DNA of 64,000 nucleotides from Lama glama (lineage: Eukaryota). The position numbers were made by a program, and so were the translations under genes. This document shows, in pieces, positions 23,291-34,179 of this stretch; position 1 is the stretch's first letter; every line of letters starts with the position of its first letter. Under the pieces are notes generated by a model that was not told the DNA's origin, did no database searches, and saw only the letters and a list, made by a program, of their open reading frames with translations. The stretch lies in the NCBI GenBank assembly GCA_028534125.1, contig CM052816.1, positions 15,006,001 through 15,070,000 on the forward strand, written 5' to 3'.

Positions 23291-26200
23291 GGCCCCTCAG
23301 TCTGCCTGGAACTCAGTGAATAGTCTTTTCCAAGTTATCAAACCGTTTCCTTCACCGCCCAAGTGGAACCAAGTAACAGTATCATGTTATTTAAATACAC
23401 TGGATTTGGCAGCAGGCGAACCTGGGTTCAAATGCCGTCTTGGCCACTGCATTCACTAATGAATTCAACAAATATTTATTAATTACCATCCTATACTAGA
23501 TAGCTGGCTTGACACTGGAAATATAACAGTGAGGAAAAAACACTAGATTACTAGATGTAAGGAAGGACGAACATAAGAAAGTCCTGTAATTCCCCCACGC
23601 CTCAGTTTTCCTCATCTAAACACAAGAAGAACAGTCACTTCTCTTTGCTGGAGTAAGCAATGCATATAAAGTGCTTATCACAGTTCTCAATAAATAATAG
23701 CTGTTATTAAGTCTCCCTTTCTCTTGTTCTAAAAGACTATTTCTACAACCCAGGGAGGGCAACAGCACAGGATTTAAAGACTTTGAAACTTCAGTAACAA
23801 AGGACCCCCCCCCAACGACACACATACCTCCTTGATACAGGTGTTAGCTGAGAGAAGGAACTTCTGTCTTCTGTGGTCCATCATCCAACACAGAGCCAAA
23901 CTCACAGGTTCAAGGGCGTCCTCCTCAGGGCTGTTTACATACCTGGTGATGCTCTTCTCCCCCCAGAACACTCTGACATGGACCTTGATGTGACTATAAC
24001 GTAAGTCATTTACACTGGCTGAAGCCTCCAGCCTTGTCACAGACCTTTAGGTGACACCAGGTGCTTACGGGACAGAGACGTGACACACGTGTGCTTGGGT
24101 AAGACAGTATCTATGATGCAGTTAAAGAAGATAAGAGAGGAGACCTGGGGACTGTCACCTCTCTACCCAGCTGGGCCCATGATGTCACCTAAAGCAGCAG
24201 CGCTGGACATAGGACTGGGCCAGTGTTGGAAGTAAACCCAAGCTGGCCGGCTTTCCTGGACCATCGGCAACAGACATGTTTGTTCAGACTTTCTGCACAG
24301 AACAGGCTTTTCACATTTTTGAAGTTTGTTTGGTTGTGTATTTTTAACCTTCAGTCGCAGCTGTAAGCTGGAGGCCTAGGGTACGCTGTTTGGGATTCAG
24401 CAGTCAAGGGGCCCAACGCTAATACAATACGCTTCTCATCATTCCCATTGTTTTGTGATCCAAATTTGGTTTCTGAAAGTTACCTTTTCGTCCCCTAAAC
24501 TTTTATAGTTATCCTCTTGGTCTGACTTCTACAAAGCTCTCCATTTCCTATTTTAATACTAGGCACACACATCCTTTTTTCCTTTACTTCCTTAGGTACT
24601 GCCATCCCCAGGACAGGACTGCCTTCTCCAGGCCTCCACCGAGCCCACCCGCCCTGAGTTCAACCCTTCCAGGCAGGGCTGCTGCTGAGGCAGCTCTCGG
24701 TCTCACTGAGGCAAGAGGGGAAGGGCTCCCGCCTCTGCTCCCTGTCCTTCCTCTGCCTGCGGGTAGCAAGCCCCTAGTGCCGAGGCCGAGAGAGGTGCCC
24801 CTCCAATCCACAGGCTCATTTCCAGGCCTCCTGGCACTGAGCTCGCTTATGGCCTTTCCCTAGAGGCCCCTGGTCTCCAGCCAGTGCTTGACCTGAATAT
24901 GTTTCTCCAGATCAGGCAAGTTGACCTTCTCAACTGCAAAGCTGACTGCCTCTGAGAAAATGAACTTTTCAAGTTCTTCTGGAAGCTGGACTGAGTTTCT
25001 TTAAAAATACTCATCCTTAAAGACCCTGGCTGTTGCTGGGGACCGACTTTCGTTTCTAGTTTATGAGAATCAGAGAGGCTGAGGGCAGCGCTCGCTGGAG
25101 CTTACGGAGCTTAAAGGAATTACAAGTTATCATTACTCCTCTGCCTGCAACCCAGGTCACAAAGAGGTCTTTCTTGTCCAGGCACCTTCCAGGCAGGAGC
25201 TCCAAGCCCACCAATTCCAAACAATCAAAGATATCTTTCCCCTGAACCAAGTGCGAACTCTCACCCTCCGCTTCCGCTTCCCCCAAAGCTCTCACACACA
25301 GGTAGTCCGTCATCTTTGAGCCAAGTCAGGGAGCAGGGTTGGTGACAGCCCCCTTCCTTGGTCCTTTGAGACGCTAGGATCTCCCCAGGGGAAACCTGAA
25401 TTTTCCTTTTGCTAAAAGGCTTAAGAATTCAGCTAAAAGGGAGGGTAACTGAGAAACTCTGCTGTCTTAAACAAAAGAAGCATGAAGTGTATTATTTTCC
25501 TAAGACATATTAAAAGTTGTTTCTCATGATGAAGTTTCCAGGGCCCAGACTGTGCTGCTCCAGAGGCTCACTGGATGGATCAGTGGTACCCGAAGGGACT
25601 ATAATGAGTCTCCATTTCCTGGCCCTGCATTAACTGCTTCTCTGCATCTGTGGGTTTGAAGGCAGCTGCAGCCCAAGGAAACAGGTCTTGCTGCTCCTCT
25701 CTCCTCACGACACTCTCCAGCGTGTCTGCCCAGGAGCCCGTGGGATTGGATTTTCAGGAGGCATGTGATCTGTTTTGGGTCACTGTTATGGAAGGAATTC
25801 TTTTATTATGTATCATGGCCCAAGCCTGGCTATACCCTGTCCAGGGCTACCAAACCTGGAAGAATCTGCAGGAAATACAGGGTGGAGGGAAAGAACTAGC
25901 TCAGAATCAACTTATTAAACAGAAACGTTAGATTTCAGAAGAACCAGGAAGTCTTCATTCCAGTTTCCTATTTACATGACCATTAAAAACAGAAGGTGCA
26001 GTGTTCTTCTAAGGAGGAGATGAAGAAAGTCACAGATGGATGGAGCCAGCAAAGACTTAACCTTCGTGGCTTCTCCGAGGTAGAGGATTCTAATTCCTCT
26101 TCCCCCACCACCTTGCTCCCTCACTCCAGGCCAGGGCAGACCACACGACATAAGCTGCACAAGAACTCCCACAGACAGGCCGAGTGCCACACCCCCAGGA

Positions 26201-26859
26201 AGTAAAGGCGCATCTTACATGAGGGCTTACTTGTCTCGGCTGGAGACCACCAAACCAAGCTGGCACTTATCGGCTGTGAAATGCGAGGTGAGGGTGGAGG
26301 ACAGCGACGGCAGGGAGCTGCCCCATCCACAAAGATCACTGATCTCATTTTTTTCCTGATAAGGATATGCACATCCCTCCCAGGGCCATCGTTGCCATGA
26401 CAACAGCAGGCGTTAAGGGTGAGCAGGTTAGTGGAGCAGCATGCTTTCTAAATTCTTGAACAAGGCCTGAGGCTGCAGTCACTCATGAAGTGGAAAAATT
26501 CATGTTGGCAGAGCTCCTAAATGGATTCCCAAAAACCTAAGGATCATGGCTTCCTTCTGGGGAAGAAGCAGAGATGGTGTCTCCATGGGCCCCTCCATGG
26601 GGAGTTGATTTTGTCAGACAACTAAGACAACTAACAGCACGAATTTCCCTATAAAACCAGGGCACAAAAACTGTCCATTTTCCACAGAGTAAAGAGATGC
26701 AACAAACCAGGGCAAAAACAATCCCCAAAGGACACAAAAAGGCACTGTTAAAAAAAAAATCTTCTCTATAATAAAGCCTTCCCACAGAGACTACTCAGAA
26801 AAACTCAGACCTAAATTCTCACGTTGAAGGATAGACTCCTACTTTGAAAAATCATAAAA

Positions 26860-27080
26860 ATAGCTACCATTTACTAGACATTGTTCTTCAGGCTCCGTAA
26901 GATGTGTGTATCATCTCATTTAATTCTCACAACAACCCTACAAGGTAGACCCTACTATTATCTCCATTTTACAGAGAAGGAAACTGGGACTCAGAAAAGT
27001 TAAGTCATGGCCCCAGGGACATACAGCTGCTGAGTGGCAGAGCCAGAATTCAAATGAGGGTTGGTCTGAGCTCTTAGTGA
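26860..27080 (-). mobile_element. MIR SINE (one of many in the window)
   Basis: Core aattctcacaacaaccctacaaggtag...ccattttacagagaaggaaactgggactcaga. Confidence 0.8.
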
Positions 27081-29949
27081 TTATCTCTCTGATACAGGGG
27101 GGAAAAGGCTTCCTGCTTCTTGCAAGAATGATAAACAGATGCCTTCCTGGCAAAGGTGATTCACTGATTCTGCTGCCCTTAGCGCTTCATGATGAAGGTG
27201 GAGTTGCTTCCAAAATGCTTACTCCTGCTGCCTGAGTCTCCAAAGATCTCAGAAACCTCAGGAATATTTACTCTCAACTCCATACCACCCCTTAACCTTT
27301 AGGGGTCACTGGGATCACTTGGAGGGCTCATTAAAGCACAGATGGCTGGGCCCCAGCCTGAGATTTCTGATTCAGTAGGTGCTGTCAGTTGCAGCTCTGG
27401 GAATTGTCCTACCAGAACGGCCGTCTTGCCACTCTACATGAAGGTTCTCTAAGCCTCCTTGCCCTCGTGGCCTCACTTACCTCATTAACCTTTCACTGTT
27501 CAGCCCCAGGTCCCCTGGGGGGTTGCTTGCCAAGCTATAGTGTTATCTTTGGCAGTGCTGTGGGGTTTGGAATTCCCTGAGCTCTTTTGAAAACAGTGAA
27601 CATCTGCCACTCCAAAAGTGAACTGACTGTTGCCTTAGGTAAGTCATGAGAGCCCATGAAACATGGGAAGAGGAGCCTGGAAGAACCAGCAGGAGACAGC
27701 AAAGCAGCCGGGCGCCCCAAGGCTGACTAGCTCTCTCAAGGCTGGGACAGTCTTTTTATAACCTCCAGGGATTCCCTCGAGGAACTGTCACAAGGGGGCA
27801 CTCATTGAAGCCTCTTCAGAGCCTGCACACTGAGAATGTTACAGAGCTGTAAGCGTGAGTGCCTGGCCCTTTAAAGCCCCTCCCCCCGAGCCCAAGCCTC
27901 CCTGCAAAGAAGAGGCGGCCACTTTGGTGGCACTCCCTCCCCGTCTGGTCCTTTTCCTTCCCTGCTTAGTCCCACGGGGAGATGCTCAGGACATAAGAAG
28001 CCTGTGGTCCAGGCCTGCTCACACAGAAGCGAGGCTGGAGAAAGGCGCCAGTAATGAGGATTAACAGAGTTAATGCCTGACTTGTTAATCCTGCAGGAAA
28101 CATCACCTGGTGATGCCCCCGCTGATCCCTTCAGACTGCAGCATCTCAGCCTCGGCTTCTGTGGACTGTGAAGATAAATGGACAGTTTAATGACAACGCA
28201 AAAGAACTCATCAGAGGAGGGAAAACAACTGCAGAGCACACGTGTGATGGAAGACTGGTCACAGCAGGCTCCCCCACTCTCTCTCTCTCTCTCTCTCTCT
28301 GTCCATGGCTGCTGCTGGTGTTGGTGTGAAAAGGTGCTGGCTCCTGAGAAGGCCTCAGACACAAGTGTGAGGAGACTCAGGCACCCAGACGAAGCCTCTT
28401 GGAAGCAACAGCACCTTCATTAGGAAGCACTAAGGGCAACAAAATTAGGGGGAGGCAGGCTCTCCTTGCGACTGCAAACAGCCAAGTTTTCTGCAGCATG
28501 TACCTTTTTTCTCAGGCAGAACTAATAAATCTCATTCTAGCTCCAGGAGGGTGGCTAGGGCGGTGACTGGACTGTACAGATGTCAGGATGATCCAGACAG
28601 TCTTGGAGGATCTGTATCTGGGCTTAGAAATGAGAACTACTGAATTCTGGCCACCATGCTATCAGCTAAGGCCACAACAGAGACTGCATGAAACAAAAAT
28701 ATCCCAGCAAAAAAGGAGTAAGATTAGACATTTATCGATACTATATATGTTCAGCTCTTTCCTTCTTCTCCAGTTGTCATGGCAACTCAATGAGATAGGT
28801 GTTATTATTATATCCGATGTATAGATGGGGTAATTAAGAAAACAGGAATTTAAGCAATTTGCTTATGCACATTCAGCAAGTTAAGTTTGGAGCTGGAATT
28901 TGATTCAGATCCATCCCCAAGCCATAACCTTAATCTTTGTGCCGCATTCACTCCAAACAGTGCAGAATGGATTTTGAGTCCTAAAACCTAACAGAGCAGG
29001 AGGCAGAGGTGCATCTCTTTAACGTCACCTCCCTGTGCAGAGGTATGCTGAAAAGTATGGTCAGGTCGCCCTTGGAGTAACTGGAAGGTGTAAGCTCTGT
29101 CCAGCTCATCCCATGAAAACTGTGACTCGGGAGTCAGCAGCCAGGCACGGCCCTGGCCGGAAGGGATTACACAAGAGGGGTTAGGACAGCAGGGAGGGGA
29201 AGCAACGGTGCCTCCTTCCCTATCTTCTGTCAACAGGATGGGTTCCTAACATTCTTTGGACCCTGAAGGAGAGACCTGGGCCAGATGCAGATAAAATCAT
29301 CAGTAGACAGTTCCTGTTTCCCATTTGCCCAGGAAAACACACCAACCAGTATCATCAGTGATGGGGAGAATGTATTCAAAGTTAGTTCTGAGCTCAGCAG
29401 CCTGACCTACAAAGCCTTCCTGAGAACAAGAAAAACCCTGAAATGGAGGCGGGAAAGCAGGGCGGGATCTCTTGTGGCTGCTTGGGTTGAGTAGTTCTCA
29501 GCCCTATCCTGCAACACCTGGCAGTCTAATCTAAAACCACCTCCTTCTGCATCGCTTCTTCACTCTGTCACTGGCGCTGGGGTTGCAGAGTTGTCAATGA
29601 ACTATTTTATGTTCTTCCCCTTGCCATCTGGCAATATTAGCTCTCTAATGAATTGCTTTAACTTGTGCATTTGTTTTTTTGACAAATGTGACTTTTGGTT
29701 GATTTATACAACATTCATAAATAGCAAATGCTGGCTGATTAGAATCAACGAAAACCCTTAGAGCTGCCAGCAAAAATGGGCCCTTAGCTGCACATGTTAC
29801 TTGCATAGCCTAATCATTTGAAAGGCACTGGATTATTCTGGGAAAGAACTTTTTACATACACACTTATGTAATCTGTTATGTACGTATATATGTATGCAT
29901 CTGAATTTGGGTGGATTCTTGCAAGCCAGCCATGCTATGAATATAAGAG

Positions 29950-30190
29950 CTAGATACACTTGGATTGGGAGCTAGACACACTGGGTTTGAATCCTACTCT
30001 ACCACTTACAAACTATGTGAAATTGGGTATATTTCTTAACCTCTCTGTGTCTCCAGTTTCCCATTTGTAAAATAGATATAATAAATTCCTCGCAAGATTG
30101 TCATGAAGAATAAATGAGATCATGCACAGCACGATGTCTGGGTATGTTATGGCTCAATAATTAGTAACTATTATCATCATGATGATGTTC
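29950..30190 (+). mobile_element. MIR SINE
   Basis: ctgggtttgaatcctactctaccacttac...cttaacctctctgtgtctccagtttcccatttgtaaaat. Confidence 0.8.
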
Positions 30191-30803
30191 TATTAATAGA
30201 GGATCACGGTAGACAACATTTGCAGTCTCTGTAATCCTTCCTTTCTGAAAACTGCCACAGGGATGCACCTCCAAAGTCGTATTTGTACTACACGACACTG
30301 CTTTAGTGACTGAGCAAGAATAAGGAAAAGAAGGAAACGGAAGTTTAAGCAATTTTTCTACGCTCACCCAGCCATTGGGTTCTTGATTCAACCTCGCAGA
30401 TTCTCTTTTCCTGAAATTCTGGATTAGGAATCAGTTCCCAGTGGTCCTCTGAACTAAGAAACTGTGAGGTGGTCACGTTTGGCAATGTGCACGTCAAGGC
30501 AGTGAAAGTCAGTCTGCAGAATGATGGAGATGTCGGGGAAGAAGGTGGTCTGACTTTGACGTGAAGTCAAAGAGAGTGGTACCTGGTTCTGGTAATTTTC
30601 CACTTCCCTGAGAAACTCCATTCCATCTATCTATCTATCTATCTCCCTCCCTTCCTTTTGCTTAAAATTTTGAGTGGATTTCCATTGCCTTTAACCAAAA
30701 GATCTTTGCTAACAGTGTCATCTCTGAGGCCACCAGATCCTCTCTGTATAGCTCAGAGAGCCTAAACATTTAAAAGGTACCCAGTTATTTTAGAAAAGAA
30801 CTT

Positions 30804-30838
30804 TACACATGCGCGCGCACACACACACACACACACAC
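30804..30838. repeat. (GC)n(AC)n alternating tract
   Basis: tacacatgcgcgcgc(ac)10. Confidence 0.95.
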
Positions 30839-31064
30839 TCTCACACACATACATGCAACTTTATGTTATCTGTTTTCAACTTTTGAAGTACATTAAGTAG
30901 AAATCAAAATAATCACATATGCAAGGAAGGCATGCATGTAGGGAAAAGGACAAAGAATAAAAAGAGAGCCATTAACATTTCTGGTCTTACAAAAATCTAA
31001 AAAAAATGGGTCATTCGATGGCTTTCCAGAACCCAAGCAAGAAGGGAGAGACTGGGGGCTTTAC

Positions 31065-31153
31065 CTGGTGTCGCACTGGATACCGTTGGCCACTGCTGAT
31101 CAGGCCCTCCTGGACCAGCCCGTAGAATGCCAGCCTCCTCCAGGTGCACAGAG
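31065..31153 (-). CDS. PCDHAC2: PCDHA constant exon 2 (89 bp, [29 protein letters not shown])
   Basis: Acceptor gtctgtgtttactcag|CTCTGTG, donor CACCAG|gtaaag. The peptide is visible in ORF 30997..31215. Confidence 0.97.
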
Positions 31154-33628
31154 CTGAGTAAACACAGACCCAAGTAACGGTGAGACCACACATGCCTTTC
31201 CAGCTCTCCTCCCACCCTCAGGAAGTGCTTACATCCCAGGAGGCAGGGCTGCAGCTAACACTTTCTACTCATGCTTGAACTGAAGCAATTTCTGCTGAGC
31301 AGTCACCTTGTATAAACTGCAAAAGCACTGCCGACTGCCCGCCCACTATACCATTCAGGTGATACACGTTTTAGCTTTACAGCAATTTTGGCTTTCATTA
31401 CTGCCACGTGGTGCTCACTACGTCTAACAGGAAGCCCATCAGAGGGCTAATGCCATTTTAACATCTTAATGCTGAAGCAGATGAGGAGAGCTTGGTCTTC
31501 AAAGCCCCAAGCCTCTTTGGCTGGCTCTCTTATCTTTGGGTCCTCTATAGGAAAGAGGAAAATACGAACATTACTTGCTGATAACTATAGTATTGTTCCA
31601 GTTTGGCCTGATTAATTCTTCACTTTATTTTCTGCTTTACTCTTTCTTTACTCTTTCTTTACTCTTTTCCTCCGAGATGAACCACCCTAGATATTCTGGG
31701 ACCAGAGGAAGTTTGTCACCATCACTCATGGATCCCAGTTCAGAAGAGATTAATTCAGCATGAAATACTGCAGGGAGTGAGACGTGAACTGGGAGATCCT
31801 TAGAGACAAGTAGAGATAGAACATAAACTGCTCAAGGGCAGAGAGGACATCATATTCATTTGTGTATGTCTAACGCTAGCTCATACTAGACCCTCAAATC
31901 TTTGCTGGATGAATGAATGAAGAAAGGGACAAATAGGACCCTAAGAGAAAAGAGGATCCACGAAAACCCTCACCAAAATAAAAGGACTCTTTGAAACTAG
32001 ACATTGGTTCATCTTGCAAATGAAGTTACTAAAATAAAGCTTACAGTACTACTGCCTGAAGGGGCCAGAGCAGGTGCGACAGAGCAGGCAAACCTGAAAT
32101 ATTGTTGGAGGAAGGTCATCTCTGAGTTCAATATTCTCTTACTCTTTGACTTCAAACAACATGCCTACTAGAAATTCACTCATTAAGCTCTGCTCGGTGC
32201 CTATCCTTCCCATTATCTACACCCTAGAATCTTCTCTTTTTTTCCAAATATTAATATCCTCCAAGTGTTCCTGGATCCTACCAGCAAATTGTGTGGGTTC
32301 AATGAGATTCGTTCTGAAGATGTAACTACCCTGGGAACCAGCTCAGCTCAAAGCAGAATTTTCAAAGGAACAGGTAACAGGATGTCTGAGGCTGGAAAGG
32401 TCAAGAAGCCAAGCACCCGTGTGGAAAAGATGAGTATTAATTAAGTTCACAACGTTACCATAGGTCCAATGTATTATGCTGTGAGGAATAAATTACATTT
32501 AGTTTCAATTTTTATTTCATTTCTTATCTTACTTGACTCTCATAACATCTGAATTGAAATCTGAATAGAAGCACATTTAGCTTTTTTTTTCCCACTTGAA
32601 AATGGAATGAGGAAATGATATGTTTTAGAATGTTATTTTAATGTAGTTTTGAGGGTGCATCTTACAACATTGATACTTTTCATGTAAAGCACTAGTTCAG
32701 CTGGGAGAGTAAGAGTTGGTATTCTAAACCATGTTTTCTCCTATGGTAAGACTCCACCACAATAGCTCAGATGCAGGCAAAAGGCTGAGCTGGTTTCTAA
32801 CAAATAGAAAGCATCTTTCGGATACCTCATACTCTGGCATCTACATGAGTGCCTCTGACCTAAAATTATGACCAGATTCCAGTGTGATGTCTCACCAAGC
32901 CAACTACCAATGTTCAGTCTTCACTGATTGCTTCTCGTTCAGAAATAGCACCCATTATAACAATTTCTGCTCAATTTGTAATGTAATGCTTGAGAATATG
33001 TTGATTCACTTTAATTTAATGCATTTTAATGGATGAAAACTAGCTTTTCATTAACTCAACATAATCTTTGTAAGCTCTCTCTTTAGAAACTGATATCAGC
33101 TTGGTGAAGATCTACTCAAGAGTCACCCAGATATTTTGAGGGGCTGGAGTCTGGAATTTATTTCTTCTCTAAAACTAAATTATTTTGATGGTCATTGGTG
33201 ATCATTAGTTTCTTGGCCCTCTCCATTTGGTCTCCCAAAGACACTCACAAATAATTAATCTTTTATTTGGCCCCATGGCATGAATACTAGATCAGCTCTG
33301 GGAATAATGATAGTTAATCAATTACTGTCAAAGAGACACAGCAGAAGAAGCAAAATTATATTTAATCTGCATCTCAGAGTAATGCCATTACTCTAGGTTA
33401 ATTTGAAAATAAGCTAGATTTGGTCTCCAGATATTCAATAAAGGCCCTTCATATGGCTTGTCCTCTGAACAGCCCATGTCATTGAAGGCAATAAGATAGC
33501 AACAAGATGGAGAAGATAAGGAGACTCTAATAGGGGTGAACATGAACAAGAGTAACAATTATTGTGGTTAATAGGATATTACAGTCAGTGTGTGATGGAA
33601 AGTCAAGGTAGACAACACGTGCACATAT

Positions 33629-33733
33629 ATTTATTTGTTTGTTTCTGAAATTTTCTTTAATGGAGGTAGTGGGGATTGAACCCAGGACCTCGTGCATGCT
33701 AAGCATGCACTCTACCACTGAGCTATACCCTCC
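33629..33733 (-). mobile_element. tRNA-Ala-derived SINE (camelid Vic-1-like)
   Basis: Minus strand GGAGGGTATAGCTCAGTGGTAGAG (A box)...CTTAGCATG...GGTTCAATCCC (B box), followed by an A-rich tail. Confidence 0.85.
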
Positions 33734-34120
33734 TTTGCCTTGATATATATTATACAATGTACTCAAGTCCAAAAGCATCAGTATTAACTATAATTTTTAG
33801 GAAGAGACAAAAGGTCTAGGTAGAGAAGGGATGAAAGAAGTTGAAATGACTTCCTTATAGGAATTTTAATGAGAGAACGGACACAGCAGCCTTTCTCTGC
33901 GATGTTACAGGAGACTCTTATTTGCCAGCACTTGATAAGCACTTGGCGCTGACCACTTACAATGTTTCAAGGAAGACACAGGAGACAAAAATAATTGCAT
34001 TCCCCTGGCAAAATATCTAAGCTTCTCAGTTTTGACAGCTGCTTCCGGCCTATGAAGACAGAGTATCTGAGTCATACACGTACAGTTACTTCTGAGTGAA
34101 AGGAGGAGGGAAAGACATAC

Positions 34121-34179
34121 CTGTGCATTCCTGCTCTCAGGGAGGCAGAGTAACGCCAGTCAGGGTTGGGCTGTCGTGG
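34121..34179 (-). CDS. PCDHAC2: PCDHA constant exon 1 (59 bp, [19 protein letters not shown])
   Basis: Acceptor ctctgtgattttgcag|CCACGACAG, donor CACAG|gtatgt. Translation matches the start of the alpha constant region. Confidence 0.97.

Noticed and set aside
33662..33733. tRNA-Ala gene
   Set aside because: Acceptor stem is imperfect, an A-rich tail replaces a T-run terminator, and a second degraded copy lies at 13240-13310. It is a SINE.
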